64,000 nt of DNA from Candidatus Nanohalarchaeota archaeon. GTDB lineage: Archaea > Nanohalarchaeota > Nanosalinia > Nanosalinales > Nanosalinaceae. The position numbers and the translations under genes are program-made. Shown here one piece after another: positions 10,154 to 19,900 of the stretch. Below the pieces are notes generated by a model. It saw nothing but the letters and a program-made list of their open reading frames with translations, was not told the origin of the DNA and did no database searches. Position 1 is the stretch's first letter. Every line of letters begins with the position of its first letter. Location of the stretch: the NCBI GenBank assembly GCA_022729235.1, contig JALDAJ010000001.1, forward strand, positions 384,001 through 448,000. The letters are read 5' to 3'.

Positions 10154-11103
10154 AACCAGAGTTTCTGCCTGAAGTATCCGAGTGTAAAGGCTATGGACTC
10201 GAACGGTATCATCACCAGCCAATAGGGAACTGTTCTCAGTCCTCTCTGCCTTATACTTGACTTTAGAGAGCCCGTTTTGCTGGCGTACTGTGGTCCGAAA
10301 CCCGCCATAGCCAGTAAAACCAGCCAAGGTGATATCAGGGCTCCGAATAGCCCTAATCCTCCGATTACTGTGGTGGTAAGCCGGAGCACGGTCTTGGAGA
10401 TGCCGAAGACTTTCTCCGGGTACTCGGTCTGTGACTGGGCGTCTCCTTCCCCGTAGCGGTAGAACTGTTTGAAGTAACTCTTCCAGGAAGAACGCATGTC
10501 CCAGTAGACTACTGCGTCATCGACGACCTGCCACTCGTAGCCCGCTTCTCTTACGTTGGTGTTGAACTCAGAGTCCTCACCTGTGTAGAGGTATTCTGGA
10601 TACTTACCCGCGTCCGCCCATACCTGCCTGGTGAACCCGGCGGACCGGGAGCTAGGTGTGTGGTTGTTGGGAATGTTCTCTGGTTTCAGATGATGTCCTC
10701 GTATCTCTCCCTGCACGAACTCGAATAGGGTATCTGCTTTGGGACGCCATATACCAGTCAGTGCATCATAGCCCTCCTCGAAAGCCTCTAGCATCGACTC
10801 GATCCATTCCTCGTCAAGCACACAGCCGCCGTCGGTGCTGATTATGTAGTCGTGTGATGCGTTCTCGATCGCCGTGTTCCTACCCTCAGCGATGTTGCAT
10901 CCTTCCTCAACAACCAGGTTAATCCAGCCGTGCTTCTCTGCGTACTCTTCAATTATCTCCCGAGTACCATCCTCCGAACCGCCGTCAACTAATATAGCTT
11001 CATCAGGCTGTCGAGTCTGGTCAATTACCGAATCCAGTAGTTCTCTTATTGACTTGCCCTCGTTGTATACCGTGCAGATTAGCGATACCTTAACTTCCGA
11101 CAA
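10150..11103 (-). CDS. Glycosyltransferase family 2 with C-terminal hydrophobic helices
   Basis: TVYNE, VDGGSEDGT, GRN, GEDSEF, hydrophobic C-terminus. Confidence 0.9.
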   Translation of the reverse strand: MSEVKVSLICTVYNEGKSIRELLDSVIDQTRQPDEAILVDGGSEDGTREIIEEYAEKHGWINLVVEEGCNIAEGRNTAIENASHDYIISTDGGCVLDEEWIESMLEAFEEGYDALTGIWRPKADTLFEFVQGEIRGHHLKPENIPNNHTPSSRSAGFTRQVWADAGKYPEYLYTGEDSEFNTNVREAGYEWQVVDDAVVYWDMRSSWKSYFKQFYRYGEGDAQSQTEYPEKVFGISKTVLRLTTTVIGGLGLFGALISPWLVLLAMAGFGPQYASKTGSLKSSIRQRGLRTVPYWLVMIPFESIAFTLGYFRQKLWF

Positions 11104-12214
11104 GTTCGTTCACCTCCTGGTCAAACTTCTTGACAAAACTGTTCCAGGTGAACTTCTTGGCTCTCTCATGAGATTTCCTAGAGAACGTATCGTATAGTTC
11201 ATCCTCCTTCAGGAGCTGGATGACATTATCTGGCATTTCGGAGACATTACAGAGGTAACCTGTTTCTCCATCAACAACCTGTTCTTTAGGTCCTCCTTCA
11301 TTAAGCGACACAACCGGTTTACCGTAGGACATCGCTTCTACAGGTATAAGCCCCCAGTCCTCCTTCCTTCCGAGGAACAATACTGTATGGGAATATCTGT
11401 ATAGCTCTTCCATTCTCTCATCGGACACGTTCTCTTCAAGACTCAGCCAATCCTTCTCCCCGGCTTCTTCACGGACTTCTTGAACATAATCTGTTTCCTT
11501 ATCAACCGCACCCGCCAGCTTCAGATCCATGTCAAATCCTTTGTCGCGTACCTCCTCGACGACTTCTACCGCTTCGAGTTGCTGCTTCGTCCTGTTTATC
11601 CGTCCGGGGTAGAACAGGTAGTCTCCTTTTTCTGCTCTCCCCTGCATCTCGATACCAGGATGAATCACGCCTACGCCCTCTTCATCCTTCAGCCCTGAAT
11701 CAACTATCCTCTCTCTCGTGTAATCGCTGTTCGCGTACACCCTGTCGAGGCGCCGCCACACCAGTCTTTCAACCATCGAGAATCCCCATATCAATGTCTT
11801 GTAAACCTGCCTCTCAAGAAATGATTTCTCCTCCACAACTGATTCAGGATCATAGGTCGCACGCAGGCTGTGACAGTAGCCGAGGTTGTAGTCTGCCGAG
11901 TTTCTTGTAAGTATTAATTCACCGATATCTCCCACAGAAGTCATCAGGACGTCAAAACCTTCAAGATCGATTTTTTCCTTCATCTCGGCGAACGCATACC
12001 TCAGACCACGCGTCAACTGCCCTTCAACACCTAAATCGCTGAGCACGTTAATCCTGTCCTCGTACACCTCCAGCTCCTCGAAAGTATTATCTAGATTAAA
12101 GTGGTGCGTGAACACTTCTATCTCATGCTCGCTCCTCTTCAGGAGCTCCAGAATAACTTTCTCCCCACCTCCTTTCAGGTGGATCCAGGGATGGTATATA
12201 GCGATTTTAGCCAT
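11090..12214 (-). CDS. Glycosyltransferase family 4
   Basis: KGGGE, ANSDYT, EDWGLIPVEAM, EGGPKE. Confidence 0.9.
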   Translation of the reverse strand: MAKIAIYHPWIHLKGGGEKVILELLKRSEHEIEVFTHHFNLDNTFEELEVYEDRINVLSDLGVEGQLTRGLRYAFAEMKEKIDLEGFDVLMTSVGDIGELILTRNSADYNLGYCHSLRATYDPESVVEEKSFLERQVYKTLIWGFSMVERLVWRRLDRVYANSDYTRERIVDSGLKDEEGVGVIHPGIEMQGRAEKGDYLFYPGRINRTKQQLEAVEVVEEVRDKGFDMDLKLAGAVDKETDYVQEVREEAGEKDWLSLEENVSDERMEELYRYSHTVLFLGRKEDWGLIPVEAMSYGKPVVSLNEGGPKEQVVDGETGYLCNVSEMPDNVIQLLKEDELYDTFSRKSHERAKKFTWNSFVKKFDQEVNELVGS

Positions 12215-13331
12215 CGGCTACCTCATCTACTTTTTGGTCAAATCTTTCGATAAAGCTTTGCCAGCTGAAATCTTTTGACCTGTCCCTAGCCTTTTCTCCC
12301 ATGGTCCTGACCTGTTCTCTATCGCTCGCTATAGCCTCTATCTTCCTGGCGATTTCCTCAGCACCTGTACCAACCAAAAACCCTGTTTCTCCGTCGATTA
12401 TCTGTTCCCGTGGACCTCCTTCATCTACAGATATTACTGGTTTCCTGTGCGCCATCGCCTCTAGGGGTACGATTCCCCAGTCCTCGTTCTCTGCGAGGAA
12501 CAGTACCGAGTAGCAGTTCTGGTAAAGTTCTTCCCACCTCTCAGCGGGCACGTCCGTCTCAATTCTGACGTTTTCGCCGGCGCGCGACTTTATCTTCTTG
12601 ACATAGTCCTTGTCCGCTGAGGAGCCTGCGATAACCAGCTCAAAACCATCAGTATCCGCCTCCTCGAAAGCCTCAATAGCAAGCTCCATCCGTTTATACG
12701 GCTCGAACCTGCTCGGGTAGAAAAAGTAGTTCCCATATTTCCCGCTTTCTGTACCGTCAACATCGACTCCAGGGTTCAAGACCTCGATTTTATCCTCCGA
12801 GGTTATACCCTTATCCAGTATTCTACTCTTCGTCAGCGCGCTGTTCGCAAAAACGAAATCAAAGTTCCGCCATCCTGCACTCTCCAAGATATTGTAGCTG
12901 GAAATCATTACCGGGTAGAACGGTCTCAAAAGAGAGTGAAAACCGTTCCTGTATGTCTCCCTGAACTCGGGTAGAGCCGCCCTCAGCGGTGTGTGGCAGT
13001 AAGCGATTGTCGGCAAGTCATTATTACGTACAGTTATCGGAGATCCGAAACCAGCTTCCGAAACAACCAGTGCATCGAACTCCTCCAGATCAAGTTTCTT
13101 GAACGCCGGCTTCAGCCCGAAGTTGAGCGCCTGGGAGAAGAAAGAATCTGGGTTATCCTCACCCCCGACCTCTCTCACGTCGATATCCTGGAAACTGTCG
13201 AAGGTGCTCTCCTCGTCATAGAGGAGTGTCAATATAGTAACGTCGTGGGAAGAACGCTCAGCTATCTCTCTAACAACCTTCTCAGAACCACCTCGCTCCT
13301 TCAGGTAGGGTTGGTAAACAGCTAGTTTCAC
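12207..13331 (-). CDS. Glycosyltransferase family 4 (tandem paralogue of the neighbour)
   Basis: RGGSE, YCHTP, EDWGIVPLEAM, EGGPRE. Confidence 0.9.
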   Translation of the reverse strand: MKLAVYQPYLKERGGSEKVVREIAERSSHDVTILTLLYDEESTFDSFQDIDVREVGGEDNPDSFFSQALNFGLKPAFKKLDLEEFDALVVSEAGFGSPITVRNNDLPTIAYCHTPLRAALPEFRETYRNGFHSLLRPFYPVMISSYNILESAGWRNFDFVFANSALTKSRILDKGITSEDKIEVLNPGVDVDGTESGKYGNYFFYPSRFEPYKRMELAIEAFEEADTDGFELVIAGSSADKDYVKKIKSRAGENVRIETDVPAERWEELYQNCYSVLFLAENEDWGIVPLEAMAHRKPVISVDEGGPREQIIDGETGFLVGTGAEEIARKIEAIASDREQVRTMGEKARDRSKDFSWQSFIERFDQKVDEVADG

Positions 13332-13432
13332 ACTTTAATTATAATTGAGAAACTTATTATTGACAGTATAACGCTGTTATACAAGTATATTTGGCACTAA
13401 AAACATAAATAACCGCAATATAGTCTCTCTTA

Positions 13433-13540
13433 ATGAGAATAACTCATGACGCTATATCGGAAATTGATGAACTTAAAATAGCAGCTAATAAAGCAAAGGA
13501 AGAGGGCAGAAAAACCATAAGATTAGAAGATCTAACTTAA
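13433..13540 (+). CDS. 35-aa truncated histone-fold peptide (not in ORF track)
   Basis: MRITHDAISEIDELKIAANKAKEEGRKTIRLEDLT carries the histone RIxxDA and GRKTIxxED motifs. A TATA-like AAAACATAAATA lies about 25 nt upstream. Confidence 0.6.
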   Translation: MRITHDAISEIDELKIAANKAKEEGRKTIRLEDLT

Positions 13541-13800
13541 CCACTACTATTATCAGACAACTGACCTGAGTATCTGGAAAATCAACTGCAGTATGGACCG
13601 GAAGATCTGGAAAAACGCTATTATAGTTCCTGCCACGAAGTTCGCCATAGTTTTATGGAGTTCGCTGGGTGCATACTCTGAATCAGAATTTCCGGTGTGA
13701 TCACTCACTGAAAGTTGATGAATAAATGATGTTTAAAACAGGTTGTGTTACTACAATCATGACAGAATCAAATTCACTAAGTTCAAGTTGTTCGAACAAT

Positions 13801-14075
13801 CTCCACTTGAAATAAGGGGGTTCTAGTACTATGATTTCTCAGCTCCAGGTGAAACATAGGTGTAAAACTGTAATACTGGAGGCTGGTTGCTGATTTCGTA
13901 ATCAACATAACCAACACCCCTACTGTTTCGGGTGGAAGTGTCTGGCGGCGGTAAGAAGTTACGGTATAACACCTCTATAATATATAACAGTGTTATACTA
14001 TTCAGGTTGTTGTATACAGTGTTTCCATATGAAATCAAGGGGTGGGGGTCCCGGCAACCCCTACTTCATCTGGAG
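13801..14075. other. Replication origin (oriC) with five ORB-like boxes and an AT-rich putative DUE
   Basis: TCCAnnnGAA plus G-string boxes at 13801-13820(+), 13843-13862(+), 13917-13938(-), 14023-14048(+) and 14058-14075(-). AT-rich stretch ~13965-14020. Directly upstream of cdc6. Confidence 0.88.
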
Positions 14076-14121
14076 AACTCATTTAAACCTTGGTTTCGAC
14101 TAGAGTTTACACGGCGATAAC

Positions 14122-15360
14122 ATGGATAGAAATGAGGGCGGGGGCGAGGTTTCAGTAGCGGATAGCGAACTGAAATCCAGGTTCTCCAATTACATCAATA
14201 AAGACACAGTTTTCAGGAATAAGGAGGCGCTCACTACTAACTGGAAACCAGAGACTATTCTACACCGAGACCAACAGGTCAATAACCTTGCGTCGATTCT
14301 GGCGCCAGCTCTCAAAAGAGATGATCCTAGTAATGTCTTCATCTACGGTAGCGTAGGGACGGGAAAGACATGTGTAACCAAACACGTTACAGAAGAGCTG
14401 AGGGCTGTAGCCCATGAGGAAGAGGTAGACCTCAATATTGTTTATATAAACTGTAAGATGAAGAAGGTAGCTGATACAGAGTACCGTCTGTTAGCGAAGC
14501 TTACCCGTCAGCTGGGTGAGGAAGTCCCTTCTACCGGCCTCCCTACGGATGAGGTTTACAACCGTTTCTTCGAGGCGCTGGAGAGCCAGGAGGGTGTAGT
14601 CATCATAGCTCTGGATGAGATAGACGCGCTGGTGAAGAAGGTTGGTGACGAGTTCCTGTACAATCTTACTAGAATAAACGATGACCTGAACGACACAAAA
14701 GTTTCTATAATAGGTATCTCCAACGACCTCAACTTTACCGAGTATATGGATTCTCGCGTCAAATCCTCTCTTTCAGAAGAAGAGATAATATTCCCTCCTT
14801 ACAACGCCCTGGAACTCCGGGAGATCCTGGATTCAAGGGCGGGGAAAGGGTTCGCGGACGAAGTTCTTGAGGACGGGGTTATATCCAAATGTTCTGCTTT
14901 AGCCGCCCAGGAACATGGTGATGCCCGGAGGGCGCTAGACCTTATACGTGTCGCGGGCGAGCTCGCGGAACGTGAGGGAGAAGAGCGAGTTGCCCGGTCT
15001 CACGTGGACAGGGCGCAGGATAAGATAGAGAAGGACCGTGTGGTTGAAACAGTCAGGGATCAACCAAAACACTCTAAACTCGTCTTATACACTATACTTG
15101 AGATGGCTGATGAGGATGATGAGGTCGCGACCGGGGATGTCTATTCTGAATACAAGGAGCTCTGCACCCAGGTCGATGTTTCTGAACTCACCCAGAGACG
15201 TGTTTCGGGTCTTATATCTGAGCTGGATATGTTAGGGGTTATCAATGCGAGAGTTATATCAAAAGGACGGTACGGTAGAACAAGGCAGATAAGTGTTGAC
15301 CTGTCACAGGATATTAGGACACAGCTACGTGAAATGGTCGAAGACAAGTTTTACATTTAA
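14122..15360 (+). CDS. cdc6: Orc1/Cdc6 replication initiator
   Basis: Walker A GSVGTGKT, Walker B LDEID, GDARRALD, C-terminal winged helix with SKGRYGRTR. Confidence 0.97.
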   Translation: MDRNEGGGEVSVADSELKSRFSNYINKDTVFRNKEALTTNWKPETILHRDQQVNNLASILAPALKRDDPSNVFIYGSVGTGKTCVTKHVTEELRAVAHEEEVDLNIVYINCKMKKVADTEYRLLAKLTRQLGEEVPSTGLPTDEVYNRFFEALESQEGVVIIALDEIDALVKKVGDEFLYNLTRINDDLNDTKVSIIGISNDLNFTEYMDSRVKSSLSEEEIIFPPYNALELREILDSRAGKGFADEVLEDGVISKCSALAAQEHGDARRALDLIRVAGELAEREGEERVARSHVDRAQDKIEKDRVVETVRDQPKHSKLVLYTILEMADEDDEVATGDVYSEYKELCTQVDVSELTQRRVSGLISELDMLGVINARVISKGRYGRTRQISVDLSQDIRTQLREMVEDKFYI

Positions 15361-15374
15361 GTTGGGGGAGGAAG

Positions 15375-16958
15375 TTGAACGAGAACGCTGTCAAACAGCT
15401 GACGGAGAAAGGATGCATTGTTGAGAAAGACGCAGCTGAAACGCTGACGCAGGAAGATGTTGACCGTATTGAGAAGCTTGACTCTCCTCCTATGTACATA
15501 ACTGGGAAGATGATATCTCGCCTGAGGGAGGAAGCCCCGGAGAAAGAAGTGGTATCTGACTCGCAGAAGCTTGTTATGAAAGAAGGTGATGGAGATGGGG
15601 GACAGGGAAAGGAAGAAAGCACCAGTTCAGAAGATAATGGACAAGACAGCTCAACTGAGAATGCTTCCGACGAACCTTCTGTTGACGGCTCTGAACCCCG
15701 CCCGAGTGCTTCTGCCGCAGCCATGAGAGATACCGGTTCCCGATCAATTGATACCAAGGTAGAGGTTCTAGACCAGGCTGAAATCTCGAAAGAGGAGAAG
15801 GATGTCCCCGAGTTCCTTGAATACTACAACGACCGTTACGACCGGATGAAGAAGATTTTACTTCGGCGTATGGAGATGAAGTCTGCAGTCACTATCCAGA
15901 GGCTGGACCGCAGGGATGAAGGAGAGGAAGCTGCCACGATAGGTCTCGTGAAGAACAAGTATTCCACACGTTCCGGGAAGTATATAGTGGAGCTGGAGGA
16001 TAAGACAGGGACGTTCAAGGCACTGGTTGATGAACGCGAGGGTGACCGTATAGTGCCGGATGAGGTGATAGGAGTCAGGGGTAGTATGGGTGATGATATA
16101 ATATTCGCGAACTCGGTAGTGAGACCTGACTTACCGATACCGGATGGCGTCAAGACCACCTCACAGAAAGTAAGGGCGGCGTACATATCTGACTTCCACT
16201 TCGGTTCTAAGGATACGATGTATGACCGGGCGGACAAGTTCGCGGAGTGGATGAACTCCGAACAGGCGAGGGATATAGGTTATCTGGTCATCCCGGGTGA
16301 TGTGGTGGAGGGTGTGGGCACATACCCTGGTCAGGAGGAAGAACTCGATATAACTAATATCTACGACCAGTATGCAAGGTTTGAGGAGTGGGCTGAACAG
16401 CTCCCGGAAGACCTGGAAATCATAATCGGACCAGGAAACCACGAGATAGTCAGGTTAGCGGAACCTCAGCCACAGATACCTGAAAAGGCGCTGCCAAACA
16501 TGTCGGACTGGAACAACGTCCACCTGGTTCAGAACCCGCAGTACGTCCGTCTACACGGTATACGCTCGAAAGGGATACTTAACCTGCTGTACCACGGATA
16601 CTCTTTTGATGAGCAGATCGACCAGATACAGGAGCTTAGAGAGAAGGCATACGACGACCCGCACCACGTCATGATAGATCTTTTGAAGAGGAGACACCTG
16701 GCACCAACTTACGGCTCCAACCTTCTTTCTCCTGAAGGGAAGGACCGGCTGGTGATAGATAGGAAGCCAGACATATTTGCATCAGGTCACCTCCACGCCC
16801 ACTCCAACGAGAGCTATAAAGGAGTCAATGTTATCTGCGCCTCAACATTCCAGGCACAAACCGATTTCCAGAAAAGGATGGGTCACGACCCACAGCCCGG
16901 ACTGGTAACTCTGGTGGACTACAAGAAGCGGAACACGGAGGTGAAAAGGTTCGCGTGA
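15375..16958 (+). CDS. polB (DP1): DNA polymerase D small (proofreading) subunit DP1
   Basis: OB fold followed by phosphoesterase motifs ISDFHFGS, GDVVEG, PGNHE, YHG, GHLH; TTG start. Confidence 0.95.
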   Translation: MNENAVKQLTEKGCIVEKDAAETLTQEDVDRIEKLDSPPMYITGKMISRLREEAPEKEVVSDSQKLVMKEGDGDGGQGKEESTSSEDNGQDSSTENASDEPSVDGSEPRPSASAAAMRDTGSRSIDTKVEVLDQAEISKEEKDVPEFLEYYNDRYDRMKKILLRRMEMKSAVTIQRLDRRDEGEEAATIGLVKNKYSTRSGKYIVELEDKTGTFKALVDEREGDRIVPDEVIGVRGSMGDDIIFANSVVRPDLPIPDGVKTTSQKVRAAYISDFHFGSKDTMYDRADKFAEWMNSEQARDIGYLVIPGDVVEGVGTYPGQEEELDITNIYDQYARFEEWAEQLPEDLEIIIGPGNHEIVRLAEPQPQIPEKALPNMSDWNNVHLVQNPQYVRLHGIRSKGILNLLYHGYSFDEQIDQIQELREKAYDDPHHVMIDLLKRRHLAPTYGSNLLSPEGKDRLVIDRKPDIFASGHLHAHSNESYKGVNVICASTFQAQTDFQKRMGHDPQPGLVTLVDYKKRNTEVKRFA

Positions 16959-19900
16959 AGACTGAAGAATACTTCGAGAGTTTGAGGTCGCAAACAGAGA
17001 GAGCTTACGATATCGCGGAGGAGGCGCGCTCCCAGTCGAAAGACCCTGAGGGTGGTGTAGATATCCCGGTCGCGGAGGATTTACCGGAGAAGGCATCATC
17101 CCTGGTAATCGCCGCGAAGTTCCCGGAACTCGAGGATAGTGGTGTCGCGGAACGTATACGTGAGCTGGAGGATGAGTACGGCAAGAACGATGAGCGTGTA
17201 TCTTTCGAAATCGCCCGCGAGATAGCAGAGGGAGAGTTTCATGAGTTTGACGACCTTGAGCGGGCGTGCGAGGCAGGTATCCGTGTTGGCGTCTCGTACA
17301 TGACAGGAGGTATCACTACAGCCCCGCTTGAAGGTATCGGGGATGTCCGGATACGCGAAAACAGTGATGGCACGGATTACCTCGCTATCTACTACTCCGG
17401 CCCTATCAGGTCCGCGGGAGGAACAGCTTCAGCGATGTCCGTCCTCCTGTCGGACTACGTACGCCTCAACGTAGGACTTGAAGAGTTCAAACCGTCGGAG
17501 AAAGTGGTGGAGCGCTATGCCACAGAGGTCGATGACTACTACAACCGTGTCACCTCGAAACAGTACTACCCAGACCGTGAAGAGACCAAGATGATAGCAG
17601 ATAACGTCCCTGTAGAGGTAACGGGCTCACCAACTGAACAGCTCGAGGTGTCGAACTACAAAGACCTGGAACGCGTCAAGACGAACCGGATCAGAGGTGG
17701 TATGTGCCTGGTCTACCTTGACGGTCTACCGTTGAAGGCGCCGAAGATCAAGAAACGTATCGAGAAATGGGGTGAAGCGTTCGGTCTGGAGCACTGGAAG
17801 TGGGTGGAGGAGTATCTCGAACTACAGGAAGAACTACACTCCTCAGGGGATGACGATGAGGAAGAAGAGGAAGAAGGCTTCAGTTACACACCTTCCGACA
17901 AGTTCCTGGATTCGATGACAGCAGGAAGACCTGTATTCGGTCATCCTGGGAAGAAAGGAGGTTTCCGGCTACGGTACGGTCATTCCCGGAATAATGGACT
18001 TGCCGCTACCTCGGTTCACCCTGCGTCGATGGAGATCACGGAACGTTTTATGGCGACAGGTACCCAGCTGAAGACAGAATACCCGATGAAGGGTACGGTC
18101 ACGACACCTTGTGACTCTATACATCCGCCGGTTGCCAGACTGGAGAACGGCGATGTAATCCGGGTGGAGACGCGTGAAAAGGCGCGTGAGATAGAGAATA
18201 AAATTGACGAAATACTTTTTCTCGGGGATATGCTGGTGGCTTACGGTGAGTTCGTGGAGAATGGTAAGCGCCTTCTACCATCTCCATACGTGAGTGAGTG
18301 GTGGGAGAAGGATCTGGAAAAGGCGCTCAAGGAGGGGGAAGTAAAGCTCGGGCGGGACTTCTCCGGGCGCGACCCGACACCGAAGGAGGCGTTCAAGATA
18401 TCGGAGAAACTGGATATACCGCTCCATCCCAGGTGGACTTATCACTGGCGTGAGACATCGGTCGAGCGGTTCGAAGCACTTTACGAGGCGGTCAACTCTG
18501 GAGAACTGGAAGGCGAGAAAGTCAAGAGGTGCCTGGAAGACATACTGCTTGAGCACAGGGTTGAAGACGGAAAAATAGAGCTGGAGAAGCAGGACTTGCT
18601 TGTCCTCCAGAGGCTATTGAAGGATAATGATGAGCCGGAAATCGATGACGCGAGGGAGATACCGGGTTACATAGAAAAAGAGACCAGGGTTGAACTAAGG
18701 GAGCAGGCTCCGCACTACGTCGGTGCAAGGATGGGGCGACCTGAGAAGGCAGAAAAGAGGACTCTAGAAGGGAGACCACAGCTTCTTTTCCCCTGTGGAA
18801 AACAGGAGGGTGGGAGGATGAGAAATCTTTCGGAGTCTTACCGCAAAGGTGAAGTGGAGCAGGAGATAATCCACAACAAGTGTCCTGAATGCTCCAGTTT
18901 CACCTATTTCTCCTACTGCGTGGACTGCGATGTAGCTGCAGATCCGGTCTGGTTCTGCTCTGACTGCGGAAAAGAGTTCGACGAGGAGATGGATAGATGT
19001 GGTTCTTGCGGCAACGAGGACTTCAACCGGCACCAAAGGACAGATATAGAAGTAGAGGAAGTAATCGATGATGCGCTTGACAACCTGGGTTCCCGGCTAC
19101 CAGAGCTCCTGAAGTCGCCGAGAGGTATGAGCGGTAAGCACCGCCACGTCGAACCTGTGGAGAAAGGACTTCTCAGGCAGAAATACGGTCTCTACGTCAA
19201 CAAGGATGGTACAGTGCGGTACGATGCCACAGATATACCTATGACTCATTTCAGACCGCGGGAGATATCTACGTCCGTGGAGAAACTGCGTGAAATCGGT
19301 TACACTGAGGACGTAAACAGCGAACCACTGGAGTCGGAGGACCAGGTTCTGGCGTTGAAGCCGCAGGATATAGTGATACCGGATACCGACAAGTCGCTTC
19401 CTGCCTCAGACTACTTTGTTAACGTCGCAAAGTTCATCGACGACCTACTGGAAGAGTTCTACGGTCTCAAACCTTACTATAACGCTGAAAAAAAGGAGGA
19501 TCTTATAGGCGAGCTCGTAATAGGTCTCGCACCGCACACCTCAGGAGGTACTGTAGGTCGCATAATCGGGTTCACGGATGCGAAAGGTATCTATGCACAT
19601 CCCTACTGGCATGCAGGAAAAAGACGTAACTGTCTACCTGGTGACGCAGAAGTGAAGATGGCTGATGGATCAACACAGAGGCTTAGAGAGCTATACGAGA
19701 GTGCAGGAGAGGAGGAAGAGGTCGACTCAACAGGGACTGTGGAGAAGGAGATGGATGAAGAGGTCCTGACGGTTGATGGGAAGAGTATCAATGCTTCAAA
19801 AGCATCTAAGGTTATCAGGACACCCGCCCAGGACTTCAAGATAGAGTTTGAGACTGAAGGGGGCAGAAAGTTCGAGGTATTCCCAGATCACCGGGTAAAG

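Noticed and set aside
13759-13815. 18-codon ORF running into the first ORB
   Set aside because: Too short, has no recognisable motif and overlaps origin sequence.
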